The position numbers and the translations under genes are program-made. 64,000 nucleotides of DNA from Octopus sinensis (taxonomy: Eukaryota): positions 100,502,001 to 100,566,000 of the forward strand of contig NC_042998.1 in the NCBI RefSeq assembly GCF_006345805.1. Direction: 5' to 3'. The stretch's first letter is position 1, and each line of letters opens with the position of its first letter. The notes beneath the pieces were generated by a model. The model did not search any database and was not told where the DNA came from. It saw only the letters and a program-made list of their open reading frames with translations. Shown one piece after another: positions 27,716 to 41,506 of this stretch.

Positions 27716-29209
27716 CTATAAACTTCTGTGTATTATGCTATATGTATACACATTGTTAAAAGGCATAATGTTGTGGAATTCTCTGATATAAAATCTTTTC
27801 ATAGACTTGTGTTAAAAACTATATCAGAGCAAAACAAACATCATCACTGCAGTGACTCATGAGAATGACAGATGTGTTTCACCTTTCTTGAAGTTTGTCA
27901 ATGCTGTGCACCCAACTGTCACTTGCTTAGATGAAAGTCATGCCTTGATATATAGGTAACAATGAATAAACCATCCACTGGTATTGTGGAAGCTTACTGG
28001 GCTGTAGAAAAACTTGTCATTGAATGCCACCAAGTGATAGTCAATTCTTGGTGAATTTAGTCACCAACCAGTTTCAATTCCCAACTTGAACCTATTCAAT
28101 TTATGTCACAAATTACACTAAGAAAAGCATGAAAGGCAAGAAACAGTGATAATTAGGTGCCATTTTAGTGTGTGGTCTACCTGACCTTTTACACATTAGC
28201 ATGCAGTTTAGCAGAAGCCCAGATCAGATCATTTCATAATGTAGACTATGGAATTTGCATCAGACCACACACTAAAGTAGCACTGATAAGTTTCCTTCTT
28301 CTAAAGAAGCTTAGGTTTCATGGCTATATAATATATTAAAAGAAATATTTCATTACATTACCATTTACTATCTCATATTGTCATTGGTAACAGGCATTTT
28401 GTTTTATTTGCCTGTTTTTATTACATTATACTGGTTGTTATTTAATAGTATCTTGTATTTCTTCAAACATATGAGGAAATGATACTAATTGTTATAAAAA
28501 ATTTTCTGATCAAATCTTAAAATATTTTGGAACAAAAATTTGCTATCAATAATTGTTAGCAAGTTCTGGTTTCAAAACATAGGAGAAGTACTGGTTTCAA
28601 AGTACAGGAAAAATTAAAGAATTTAGCAGAATACAGAAATACAAAACAAAAGACAAACAGGATCCCTGGAAGTTTGCAGTAAATATTTCTCATCATTCAG
28701 CCATCCATGAAATAAAGTTACATAATGCAATAAAAGCAGCTTTTCAAGTTGTTAATTCAGAGACTATCTTAAAGATTAGAAATTCAATAATCATTAATGA
28801 GAACTCATTGTTTGAGAAGCAACCAATAATATAAAGTATGCCATCAAAATCAGATTCTATTACATTAACAATATTATAGAGTGGAAGCATGCAGGAAGTT
28901 AATACAGGATGATTTATATGACAATCAAATTCTGAAGTAAAAGCAAATAAGTTCGAATGTTATTCTCAGAGACTGTATATACTAATGAATATTTGAAATG
29001 CAAAGAAAACAAAAACACAGAAAAAAATCCTTTCACTCATTCAGTAAACAGATTTCCTAACCAATATAAATCATTCACTATAAGATTTCAAAGACATTGC
29101 TTATTTTCACAATTAAAAAGTGTGCGTGTGTATATGCATATGGTCTCTTAAAACTAAATTGCAGCCTTGCTCAATTATATTTATCATACCAAGACAATGT
29201 TTCAATATG

Positions 29210-29820
29210 CAACCCTCCACTCATTGGGTTATTTATTGAGCCCTGCAACTATTCACAATATTAGTGAATGTATTATTCAGTTTCTTACATCTGAGGTGGA
29301 AAATCCTGCATGTGCATCTGGCCCAAATGCATCTGATATTCTCACTAGCTGCTGCTGAGATGAATTTATTATTATTTTTGTCTTTTTCTCTCTCTCTCTC
29401 TCTCTCTCTCTGAAATATATTGTTTCTGAACACAACACATCCATAAGAGATTTTATCTCAGAAGACCACCACAGTAGCTTGCCTGTCAACAGTGTATATA
29501 CATGAAGTAATTTAGTGCTGCTTCAATTGCATTCACCAGATTATTTATTCAGCCCAATAGCTATTTGCAATACTAGTGAATGTATAATCCACAATTTTCT
29601 ATATCAGAGATGGCAGGTCTCATCTAAGAATGTGGTTAGCAATGAGTACATGTCATTGACAATGCTTAAGAAGGATGAAATGCATGACATTCTTGCAAGC
29701 CAAGGTGTCTTTCAGCTCCCTCCCATGTATATTGTTTTAAATATAGCATGTCCATAAGAGATTTTATTTAGGATGATAAACACAAAAATTTGCCTATTGA
29801 TGGTGTATATACAAAGCATG
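29210..29820. repeat. Diverged tandem duplication, ~310-bp unit x2
   Basis: Shared blocks TTATTTATT.AGCCC, TAGTGAATGTAT, TCCATAAGAGATTTTAT and GTGTATATACA recur ~310 bp apart. Confidence 0.75.
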
Positions 29821-30429
29821 ATACATAAAGGGTTATCTACACATACACACACAACAAATATTTTTCTTTCTTTCTTTGATATAACTTTTATATCTGGAGA
29901 GATAAAGTCATTTAATTCTCACACTTATCCAACAAAGACACACAATTCTTTACTCACATTTCAACTCATTATAACCTTCATAAATTTCAAGATAGGAACA
30001 ATAACTTTTTTTCCACATTAAAGTATAGCTGTATGTTTCTCTCTAGCTGTAAGGTGAATTTTCATAACAAGCTCGGTTTTATATTTTTAGTTATCTGTGA
30101 TTAGCAATTTCCCTCATCTTGTTTATTTATAGAATATCTAAGAGCAAAATGGAATATTTAAATTGCAAAAAGCATACAGTTAATTTATGTTGTACCTCCT
30201 TGATAAAATGCTTTCACATTTTTAACGATAAAAATTTGTCACAGAAAACCCCCACCCCACCCCATCCCGTCCCCAAGCTATTTTCCCCCTTGATCTGGGA
30301 AAATGACATAAAGCATGTTCTGGAACATATATTCACATAGATAAATAACAATTTCATGTGAAATAAAATAAACATACACGGACTACATAATCTCAATAAG
30401 ACTGCCATAAAAATGAAAAAGAAAAAGGA

Positions 30430-33400
30430 AAGCTAAACGTAAATTCTGTTCTGACAATAAACCAGAGTGGACAAAGACAATTATAAAAAAAAAAAAGATT
30501 TCGATAGCTTACAGATTTTGGTGAAAACTCGGTTTTACTGACAGAAAAACATTTAAAGCGTAAGAATATTTAAGAAGTGACGTTTGCGTCTTCGCCGAGC
30601 TTTATCATAAATAATGTGTTTCGCTTACATAAATATTCTAGAATAACAAATCAACACTAAAACTCTACGTGGTGGTGTAAATAATTTGTTATAATGAAAT
30701 AATGAACACGAAAAAATTAACCTTAGCAATAGAGTCAGCTGAATAAATCACAGAGGAATTTTGTTTCATTTCCACTCCTCGTTTACAATCCATCATTAGT
30801 AAATATTTACAAACACACAGACACACACGCGCGCGCACGCACACAAAGAACTCAGAAATAATTTCAGATTTGATTGATGTGTCGCTTGTCCCTAAAATAC
30901 AAATTGTATTTCATTATGCGTAAAGACAAATGTGAGGAGATATTTAAATGTTGTAAAATGATTTTATTCTAACAAGCCATTTGAAGAAAATATACAACAC
31001 AAAACGCAGAAGAAATAAACAATTTTTTTTTATGAAAGTACTTAACGACAGGAAGGAGAAAATTAGTCAATCTAAAACTAAATAAACCACTTAATTCGAA
31101 TCAGTGTGCGCTGGATAAGGCTTATGTTTCTTCAATTGTTTGTTTCAAGATTGTAAAATTTGTTAAGATACGATTTTTTTTTTTGAAATTGCGAATGTAA
31201 TTCTTGGTATTAGCATTAATCGTGGGGTATAGTATTTTTTAACATCTCCTACTCCGAAATATTTGAAGAATTCAAACAGAGCCTTACATTTATTTATAGC
31301 TAATTTGGGGGTTACCTTCCATTTTCACCCTCCACATGAATCCTGAAGATCATCTTACGTTCAGATAGGTAATATCATAATGAGAATAACAGCATGGCTC
31401 TTTTAAAACCTGCAGGTAACAACTGTGTTGTACTTATCAGCAAACGTCAGTCCTTGCGAGAAGTTTTTCTTTTATCTAAAGCAATGTGCAATGAGAAATA
31501 ACGCTTCTGTCCTAAGCTGATCAGTTTAAGATTGAAAATGTGTGTAGATAAAGTTGTTTATAAATATGTCCACATTTCAATTGATTAATAGAAAAACTGA
31601 CGTGTAACATTCGAGAAGATAAGGTTTCTCTAAAGAATGTTTGGTTGGTGAAATACATAGTACCACTCCTAGCTATATTATTGACTCAGTTTCTGTCAAT
31701 ATTGCTAACACAGAAATAAGGCAAGTGCTGTAGGGTGAAAAGGTAAATTAGCAGTGAGTCAACCCTGTGCGCCGAGTATGCGACCCGGTTTCGAATCATT
31801 TCCTACCATTCCACTTGACGTACTTTCAAAAGTGCCCGTCCCATAAAGGGATGATCGTTTGACAATTGTTCAAACCTCTTCCTCTAAATACCTAAGGCTT
31901 TATGTTTATTCAAAAAGATATTTTGGTTACTGAGATTTGACTTCCAGTTTGTTTGGGGTTTTTTTCAAAAAATTCACGTATTTAGGAAAACGGTTGCCAC
32001 TAGATATTAACCGGCTGCCACTACTGTTAAGACTGTGTCAAAATCTGTTTATATTGAGATCAAACAATACTAGATTATGAGCCCAAAATTCTAATAGTAG
32101 TTGATACAGTAAAGTGCAAGGCCATAACGTCTGTTTACGTTTCATATTCGAGCCATGCATGCTAAAATTGACATTGCTTTCAGCTTTCTGAGGTCGATCA
32201 ATAAGTAACACTAATATATTTGTCTGAGGGCATGAAATTCAGTCAATTATCACCTTTCTTGCAAATTTGTGGCCTTGTAACAATGTTTTAGACATATATC
32301 TAGGGTGGCGAATTGGCAAATATTATTAGAGTATCGAATAAAATGTCTTGCGGTATTTGTTACCGGTCTCCGAGCTGTGAATTCAAATCCCCTAGAAGTC
32401 AAATTTGTCTTCCATTCTTTTGGGGTTGATAAATAAAACCCCAATCAAGTACGAGGGTTGATTCTTTTTTTTAGCTTTCTCTCTGAATTGGCTACATTGT
32501 GCCGTAAGAAAGGATCGTGGGGTACCTCTCACACATCCTTCTCTCCAGAAACAGCAACCTCTTCCCAGAAATATCAATATGCAACTGGAATCGTCCAGGG
32601 ATGTTCAGTGAGGAACGAAATAAGGAAGAAAAAAAATCTTCCATATAATACAATGTTTGATGTATTGACACAAAACTACAACTTTATAGGGTAGTGGTGG
32701 ACAAAGTTGACTCAATCGACTTCATTACTGCTTTCACCCTTTGAAATAACATCGATTCTAGTGGAATTTGAACACAAAAGAGAGTAAGAAGAAATTACTG
32801 ATATCAAATAACTGTATATACACGTTACAGCGGAGGTTGTGATACCAACAAAGAATATATAAAAACGTATAAACAAATGTAACATTGGTTTGCTTACAAG
32901 CAACCGCCTTTACATGTCAAGGGGATGAGATGTCAAAGGGCAACTGGAGCTTTTTTGTAGAGGAAGCCGTGTGTGTGTGTGCATCTAGAAATTGTACATG
33001 TCATGTTGTGTAATCTCAGGTCAGCCTTGATCGATCAGACAATGTTGATAGAGAAAGGAGAGACAGAGATAGAAAAAGTAGTCGAAAGTGGAGAGAGGGA
33101 AACAATGAAAACAAACAAGGAATGCATTGAAGAATGAGAAAATGGCAGATTTAGTCGCAAAACCTAAAACGAAAACAAAGTACAAGATATCTTATGCACT
33201 TGTGTTTTACATATGAAAATGAGCTTTTCTTGATGGATATCTATTTAACAATTATGATACAAATTTTAGATTTTGACAAAAAATTTTTTAAAGTAGACTT
33301 GACGCACTCGAATGAGTGAAAATATTTTGCATTGTTGATTATGTTTTTTTCTGCGAGTATTTTTTTTTTTTACAATAAAATTTGTTGAAAAAAAAATTAT

Positions 33401-34230
33401 CAGAAATATTAAATGTTTAACGTTCAATAAAACTTGTACTTAAAACGGCATATTGGTTGCATTATGGTTTAGTAATTAAAACCGAAAAATATTTTTGGAA
33501 ATTAAATCAAATACAGAAATACAAGTCCAAAAAGTAGGGGAAATTAAGTGCAATTCTGTAACGAAAGTGAAACACAAAACGGAGAGAAGAGGAGAAAGGA
33601 AGGTGTGTTAAAAGAATAAACATTTTAGATGTTTTAGAAGTAGAGTAAAAATGTAAACACATGCAATTAATCTAGAAATAGTCATAAAAACAAAATTGAT
33701 ATTATTTCGCTTTTGTTAAAAAAAAACAATCAATGATAATAAAATAAGAATTTACATGAGAACAATAATTTCTTAAACAATCCTTAATTGTTCATTAAAT
33801 ATTTTCTTCTTTCTCTATACATATATATTTTCTGTAGGAAAATATTTCAAAATAACAAAAAAATATATATAAGAAGTGAAAGAAAATAAATAAAAAATAA
33901 AATTTACGTTTTCTGAGGTGTATAATTATCTTGCTCTTTTTTTTTTAATCCCGTGTACAGTTGAAAATAGTGAGTAGAGTGAAATATTCCATGGCTTCAT
34001 TACTATTACAAGTCATTCCTAGACTGACAACAATGTAGCTCGGACGCCATTGCCGGAGCTTTCGGTTCCGGTCAAAGTACGCAGGCGCATATGTACATAT
34101 GTGTGTGTATACACACACACACACATACACACACACACATACATATACATATATATACATATATATATATATACACACATGTGTGTGTGTGTGGAAACCC
34201 ACGAAACTACAGGCCCTCAAGTCACTTATG
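30430..34230. promoter_or_regulatory. CpG-retaining domain, probable unmethylated promoter / 5' gene region
   Basis: CG dinucleotides frequent here (e.g. GACGTTTGCGTCTTCGCCG, GCGCGCGC, GCCGAGTATGCGACCCGG) but visibly depleted in flanking non-repeat DNA. Confidence 0.6.
33908..34090 (-). promoter_or_regulatory. Candidate core promoter and first (non-coding) exon of a minus-strand gene
   Basis: NRF1-like TACGCAGGCGCA (34078-34089), CCGGAA and AATGGCG motifs on the minus strand, candidate donor AAAAC|GTAAAT at 33907. Confidence 0.45.
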
Positions 34231-34505
34231 AGGCTTTAGAGTTTGAAGTTTCTGTCTCTCTTTTGATGTTTATCTTTACCTCATTTGTCTATATTTGTCT
34301 CTTCTGCTGCTATCTCTCTCTTTCTAATTGTTTATTACTTCTCTCCTCCCTCTCTTTCTTTGTGTGTGTGTGTGTTTGCATATGTATGTATAACTTCTAC
34401 TGTCTTGAATATTTCAATATATTACTCTGTTGTAGGTGTTCCCATCTATCAAACATTCTCTACTTTTCTGCATGCATACTCTCTTTGTTCCTATCTATCT
34501 ATCTA

Positions 34506-34562
<57 letters not shown>

Positions 34563-34787
34563 TTCTATCTAGCTGTCTCTCTTTGTCTTTCACTCTTCCT
34601 CTCTCTCTCTCTCTCTCTCTTTCTCTTTATATATATAATATAACTATCTATCTATCTTTCTATCTATCTATCTGATAATTTATCTATCTATATATCTATT
34701 TCTATCTAGCTGTCTCTCTATGTCTCTCACTCTTCCTCTTTCTCTCTCTTTATATATATAATATAACTATCTATCGCTTTCTATCTA

Positions 34788-34819
<32 letters not shown>

Positions 34820-35887
34820 GTCTGTCTGTCTGTCTGTCTATCAATTTATCTGTCTATCTATATATCTATCTATCTATCTATCTATCTATTTATCTGTTGG
34901 TCTGTCTCCCCACTATCTCTCCTTTTCTCTCTCTCTCTTTCTCTCTGACTCACACATACATACTTACTCTTACCCTCATACACATACATACACTCTCTCT
35001 CCACAATACACTCACACACACACAGTCACTCTCATGCAACACACCCACTCACTCACACACACAAATACACACTCCCTCGCACTTTCTCTCCCATGTACAC
35101 ATACTAATACATTGATACACCAGACATTATTCACATTGTGGAGTTTTTAATAAAAGAAGAAAAGAAAATTAAAATAACATAATTGGCATTGACAACAAAT
35201 TTCCTTTCTTTTACATCAAAAAAATTAATTTATTTTTTCAATACGCCCACCCCACTTTTTTTAACTTCATCATCGTCACCATCATCATCATTATCATGAT
35301 TATCATCAACAGCAATAATATTGTCATCATTATCATTAATATCATCATCAACTTCATTATCGTCATTACTGTCGCTATCGACCACCACCAACACCACCAT
35401 CATTACCAGAGTTGCCACCACTATCATCATCACCAGCACCAGCACCATCATTGTCAGCATTGACATCACTATCATCATCACCACAGCCACCACCACCACC
35501 ACTGTTCATGCTACCCATCCTACTTACCCTTCCATTCCAATTAACTATTGTCTCATAGTTATTTTCTATAACTCTAGTTAATGTCTCACCTGATACCACC
35601 CCTTCAACATGCACCTTTTTGGGGTGCAGGAGGGTTAAGGTTATTTCATTGTTACTTCTTTGGTACAAGCCACCACCATCACCGCCATACTACTGCTATC
35701 TTCACCCTAGCAAAAATTCATTCTCCCTTATTCCCTCTTTTTTTTTTTGTTTTATTTTTCATGTATTAAAGCTCTACACTTTCCCCCCAGCCCTCTCCCC
35801 TCCTTTACAGTCAGTCATCTCTTGTTCCTTAATTAACCCTCACCCCTCTGCTCTCATTATTTCTACTTTGTCTTTCTCTCTGGCTCA

Positions 35888-35923
<36 letters not shown>

Positions 35924-36320
35924 GACACAAACATAAACAGAGTGATAAACAGACCTACATGCACATGCTTTCTTTCCCCTCTCTCATTCTCATACATTAT
36001 GTGCACAACCTCTCTCTTTTTCACTCTTTCTCACTCACCTTCTCTCTCTAACGTTTTCTGTTTCACTCACTAACCATATATATGTCTCACACACACACAC
36101 ATACACACAAATACAAACACAGATTCACATACATCACTTCAGTTTTCTTGATTCACCACTTTGCACTGCACTTCTCTATACATATACACGCATGCATATA
36201 AACACACACACACACACACTTGAACACACACATACATACACACACACACACACACAGACATATGCACACAAACACACATGCACACACACTCTCTCTCCCT
36301 CCCCCCTCTCTCTCTCTGTT
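34100..36320. repeat. Compound microsatellite / low-complexity block: (CA)n, (TA)n, (TCTA)n, (CT)n, (CAT/CAC)n
   Basis: Directly visible; explains the spurious ORFs in this interval. Confidence 0.95.
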
Positions 36321-37017
36321 GTTGATGTTATCTTCCTAAACTTGCAAACTTCACAGTTTATGTCTTATTTTCATCTTACTTCACAATTGCCACCAGTCTA
36401 TCTTGACTATCTCGCACTTTACTCAGGCATGTACTTCAAAAACAACAAATAAACATTAGCAACACATTACAAACAAATTACTAACTCACCATCACTAGGT
36501 ATAGCCATATTAAGTTACCATTTAAGGCTTTCTCTACTTCTTTCATGATAGGGTTAAAAAAAGTTTTCAAACAGCAAACATTCACTTTAAGCTTTCTTAT
36601 TTCAAAATCTGAAGAAAAAAATGAGTGAGTACTTGTAGTCATGTTAGGTTCTACCGGTTGTGGTGGGTGTATGGGTTAATAGAAAAAGTAAATATGCAGT
36701 TAAAATTATTATAGATAGTGCAGGCGTGAAATATTTGGTTAAGAAGTTTGCTTTGCAGCTGCATTTCCAAGTTTGATGTCACTACTTTGCAGAAACCTTA
36801 AGCAAACGTTTTCTATCAAAACCTTAAGTTGACCAATAACTTGTGAGTGAAATTTGGCCGGTAAAAACTGTGCAGAAGCTTGTCTTATCTGTGTGTGTGT
36901 GTGTGCGCACACGTGTACATGTGTGCATGCGTGTGTGTGCATGCACACACACACATATGTATATACATTTATATATGTATACATATATGTATGTGCATGT
37001 ATGCATGTATGTATATA

Positions 37018-37305
37018 TATAATACAAATAAGAAAATGGAGAAACAAATTTACTTTGTTCATCAACTCTCGGATATTATAATGTTGGATTATTTATTCAC
37101 TTAACAAAATAGTATACATATATATCTTTATTATGACTTTTTTAATTTGCATTCTTATCTTATATCTTATATGTATTGAATTATAAGATATATATATGTT
37201 ATTGAGGTTCTCATTTTGTTAAATGAATAAATAATCCAACATTATAATATCCAAAAGTTGATGAACAAACTAAATTTGTTTCTCCATTTTCTTATTTGTA
37301 TTATA
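37018..37305. repeat. Fold-back inverted repeat, ~90-bp arms
   Basis: ATAATACAAATAAGAAAATGGAGAAACAAATTT...TTAACAAAAT (37018-37110) is the reverse complement of 37213-37305. Confidence 0.9.
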
Positions 37306-37478
37306 AATTTACGGTAAAAATACTTCTTTACCTTCACCAGTTTAATACAATAAATGAGTTAATTGCTTTGCAATTGAAAACATTTATGTATTAAGAATCT
37401 GGGTACTGTACCAACAGTATATTGGATAAATACTATCCCATAGTGGGTTACACCCATAACCCCTATCTTACTTTGTAC

Positions 37479-37522
<44 letters not shown>

Positions 37523-38084
37523 TTATCTGTCATTGTTGAACCTCAAGAAGTTGATGACAAGTGACCAAGACTTCTGGCAATTTGCTATGCTTGAGAAGAT
37601 ATGTCAAGCTTAGTGAATGAAGTTTGTGGCCCATGCCAGTGGTATGTAAAAGATACTAGGTACAACCTCTATAATGGTTGGCATCAAGAAGGGCATCAAA
37701 CCATAGAAACCAAGCCAAAACAGACAACAGGAGCCTGGTGCAGCTCTCCGGCTTACCAGCTCTAATCAAACTGTCTAACCAATGCCAGCTTGGAAAAATG
37801 GATGCTAAATGATGATGATGATGACAACAAACTGAATGATGCAAGTTACTTTTGATTTTGCAGTGTAGCACTTGCCATCAAGTCAAAATTATGCTATTAA
37901 TTTTGAAATGGAATGAAGTGTATCTTATATATTGATTTATAAATTTTTATTGATCAATTATTCTTTGCTTCAAGTGTTTTTTACTAGCCACTTGTACGGT
38001 AGATACTAACAAGCCATTGACTACATTCTCCGTAAGCCCCTTGAACTGATATGTGTGTGTACATATATATATAAATATATATGT

Positions 38085-38750
38085 CATTGCCTCACAGAGG
38101 CAATGACAGGAGACCAGGACCTTTGGAGATATGCTGTGATTGAGAAGACCTGGCAACTAAAGTGAGATCACAGCCACGCATATCTGGCCCTGTTAAAGAA
38201 TACCCCTGATGCGTCGGGTGATATAATATTCTTGAGAAGACCTGTTGAGTCAAGTAAAACCAATATCGTAGCTGGGGCCAGTTCCCCCTGACTGGCTCCC
38301 ATGCTAGTGGCATGTAAAAAGCACCAACTAAACATGACTAATTCCAGTACCCACTGATTGGCTTCCATGCCGGTGGCACGTAAAAAGCACCATTTGAACG
38401 TGATTGATGCTAGGCCTACCTGACTTGCTCCTGTGCCAGTGGCACATAAAAAGCACCAACCAAGACTAATTCCAGTACCCACTGACTGGCTCTCCTGCCG
38501 GTGGCACGTAAAAAGCACCAGCTGAATGTGATAGATGCTAGGCCCGCCTGAGTTGTTCCTGTGCTGGTGGCACATAAAAAGCACCCACTACACTCTTGGA
38601 ATTGTTGGCATTAGGAAGGGCATCCAGCTGTAGATACATTGCTAGATCTGATTGGAGCCTGGTGGTGCAGCTGCTGGCTCTCCATACCTCAGTCAAACTG
38701 TTCAACCCATGCCAGCTTGGAAAATGGACATTAAATAATGATGATGATTA
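38085..38750 (+). mobile_element. Modular (GAT)n-tailed SINE-like element with 5 internal GTGGCACGTAAAAAGCACC modules
   Basis: Motif at 38307, 38373, 38439, 38501 and 38567; conserved 3' block GGCATTAGGAAGGGCATCCAGCTGTAG...CAACCCATGCCAGC...(GAT)n. Confidence 0.85.
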
Positions 38751-38801
<51 letters not shown>

Positions 38802-39131
38802 AATTAAAATCCAGAAAATGGAAAAGTTTTGATCACTGGAATTTAATTCTTTTGGGCAAAATCGAAACAGCTGTAAGTGAACATGTTAAATTTTTGCAGT
38901 TAATAAATTATATTAATGCTACTTCTCCATTTTCTGGATTTTAATTTGAATATCTATAAACCAAGATTTATACTTAAACATATTATTTTAGGAATATTAC
39001 TATTCACAACAAAATATTGGGTAACAAACCAGTAATTCATTGGATATTTTTTATCTCTTAAAGTGGTTATTTTAACCTCTATTTAAATTTGTGTGTGTAT
39101 GTGTATATATATATATATATGAGCCCAGCCC

Positions 39132-39935
39132 ACTTATGAATGCCTTTCCTCCCTTGGACACAAAGACCGGTTGAGGCAAGCGAAGTCGATATAGAACCTC
39201 ATCCGACGACAGACACCCATCCCAACCCCCCATGCTTGCGAAGACATGTTGGGGCAAGCGAAATCGAAACCGAATTGAACCAGCCAGGATCCCTGGCCTG
39301 GTGGTACGTAAAAAGCACTATCCGACTCGGGGCCGTGGCACGTAAAATACTCCAATGCGACCGTACGACAGGCACCCATGCCAACCCCCTTTGCTTGTGA
39401 AGACATGTTGGGGCAAGCGAAATCGAAATCGAATTGAACCAGCCAGGATCCCTGGTCTGGTGGTACGTAAAAAGCACTATCCGACTCGTGGCCGTGGCAC
39501 GTAAAATACTCCAATGCGACCGTACGACAGGCACCCTTGCCAACCCCCTTTGCTTGTGAAGACATGTTGGGGCAAGCGAAATCGAAATCGAATTGAACCA
39601 GCCAGGATCCCTGGTCTGGTGGTACGTAAAAAGCACTATCCGACTCGTGGCCGATGCCAGCACCGCCTCGACTGGCTTCCGTGCCGGTGGCACATAAAAT
39701 ACACCAATCTGACCGTGGCCGTTGCCAGCCCCGCCTGGCACCTGTGCAGGTGGCACGTAAAAAGCACCCACTACACTCACGGAGTGGTTGGCGTTAGGAA
39801 GGGCATCCAGCTGTAGAAACATTGCCAAATTAGACTGGAGCCTGGTGCAGCCTTCTGGCTTCCTAGAACCCCGGTCGAACCGTCCAACCCATGCTAGCAT
39901 GGAGAACGGACGTTAAACGACGACGATGATGATGT
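39132..39935 (+). mobile_element. Young modular SINE-like element with an internal 159-bp tandem triplication
   Basis: AAGACATGTTGGGGCAAGCG at 39241, 39400 and 39559; same 3' block and (GAC/GAT)n tail; CpG-rich. Confidence 0.9.
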
Positions 39936-40383
39936 GTTTATATATATATATATATAAATTTAAATAATGAGGGAGAAATTGAATATTAATTTAATTAATA
40001 TCAATTTAAAACCAGTAGCCTAGCATACAAAAATCTGAAAAATCAGAGAAAATTCTAATACATGTGTATATTTTAAGAGCTAAATCATCGTAGGTGATCT
40101 ATTTCTAGCGTATGGCTGTCCACATAGTGGTTTTTAGCTCTTAAAATATATATATATATATTTCATTTTTGGATTTGGTTTGCAAGATTCTTTATATAAG
40201 TTCTTGTGTTGAAGCGTGTAAATAACGCAGTGTAAATAACGGGCTGAGTCAAGATTATTGAAAAGGTTGCAAGAAGCAACGAAAATTTTAGGAAAATAAA
40301 ATAAGAAATAAGTGGAAATTTTACCGGTGAGTGTGTTACATTATAAGGCGCAAAAAGAAAATGACTCTCCCCAGATACAAAAG

Positions 40384-40505
<122 letters not shown>

Positions 40506-41506
40506 TAAACAGACATATGCCAGTGCTGGTGCCACATAAAATGCACCCAGTCCAAGAAGGGCATCTGGTTGTAAAACCATGCCAAAAAACAAAGGCAGTG
40601 AAGCTTGGTGCAGTTCTCTGTTTGTCAGCTCCTGTCAAGCCGTCCAACCTATGCCAGCATGGAAAACAGATGTTAAAGGATGATGATGATGATGAGGAGG
40701 AGGAGGAGGATAACGATTATACATATATATTGTTCAAAAGGTGTGCTCGACAGTACAGCACATTACCAAAAAGATAGATCAGCTCACACTCTACTCCTAT
40801 CTCCAGCATGGTTAAATAATCTTCATGATGTTAGTTAGGCTAGTGTATAGAGTCCACACACTGCTTATGTGAACAGAACACAGAGAACATAATCAGTATT
40901 TTTGTATCATATAACATTCACATATTTCAGAATACCAGTAAAACATCAATTACTTGAGCTTAAATATCCCAGTTATGTGACAAAAGTTCCCATTTATATG
41001 GCTTTTAAGCTCACAAAGTTGATGTTTTGCTTGTTTACTGAATTTTATGTGCTACATGATGATAATAAAGCATAAACACTAATGACATTTTCTGAGCTCC
41101 TTTTATTTATTTGTGTGTGTGTGTGTGTGTGTGTGTTTCGCCAATATACATTAGTACTAAAACAGACAAACTGGGGCATTTGAGCAAAAATCGCTTGTGA
41201 TATTTATTCTACCCAAATTGCAAAAACATTCCCTCATCACTCTTAAAATTGGATATGCAGTAAACCAATGACTGATTGGCTGAAACTTATACCCAATGAT
41301 ACTATTGTTCATAAAAGCATAAGGTGAAAGAAAGTTTGGTAAACAAAATACGAATGGATGCTGAGTTCCAGATTATGGTGTATATGGTATTAGGAAAGAA
41401 GGATTAGACCAAGCACTTGCTAACTTCTTCTAAGTAAAGGTCACCATTTACTCCTTGACAACCTTATTTTTATACTGTTTTGCTCAATTATTTGGATTTA
41501 CAATAT

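Noticed and set aside
35230-35668. Asp/Val/Thr-rich ORFs
   Set aside because: Degenerate (CAT/CAC)n trinucleotide tract, open in several frames on both strands
38290-38590. CRISPR-like repeat-spacer array
   Set aside because: Spacers are homologous to each other (A-B-A-B), the array lies inside a dispersed eukaryotic retroposon, and no cas genes are present
39199-39900. 233-aa ORF with internal repeats
   Set aside because: By-product of the 159-bp triplication in a GC-rich non-coding repeat
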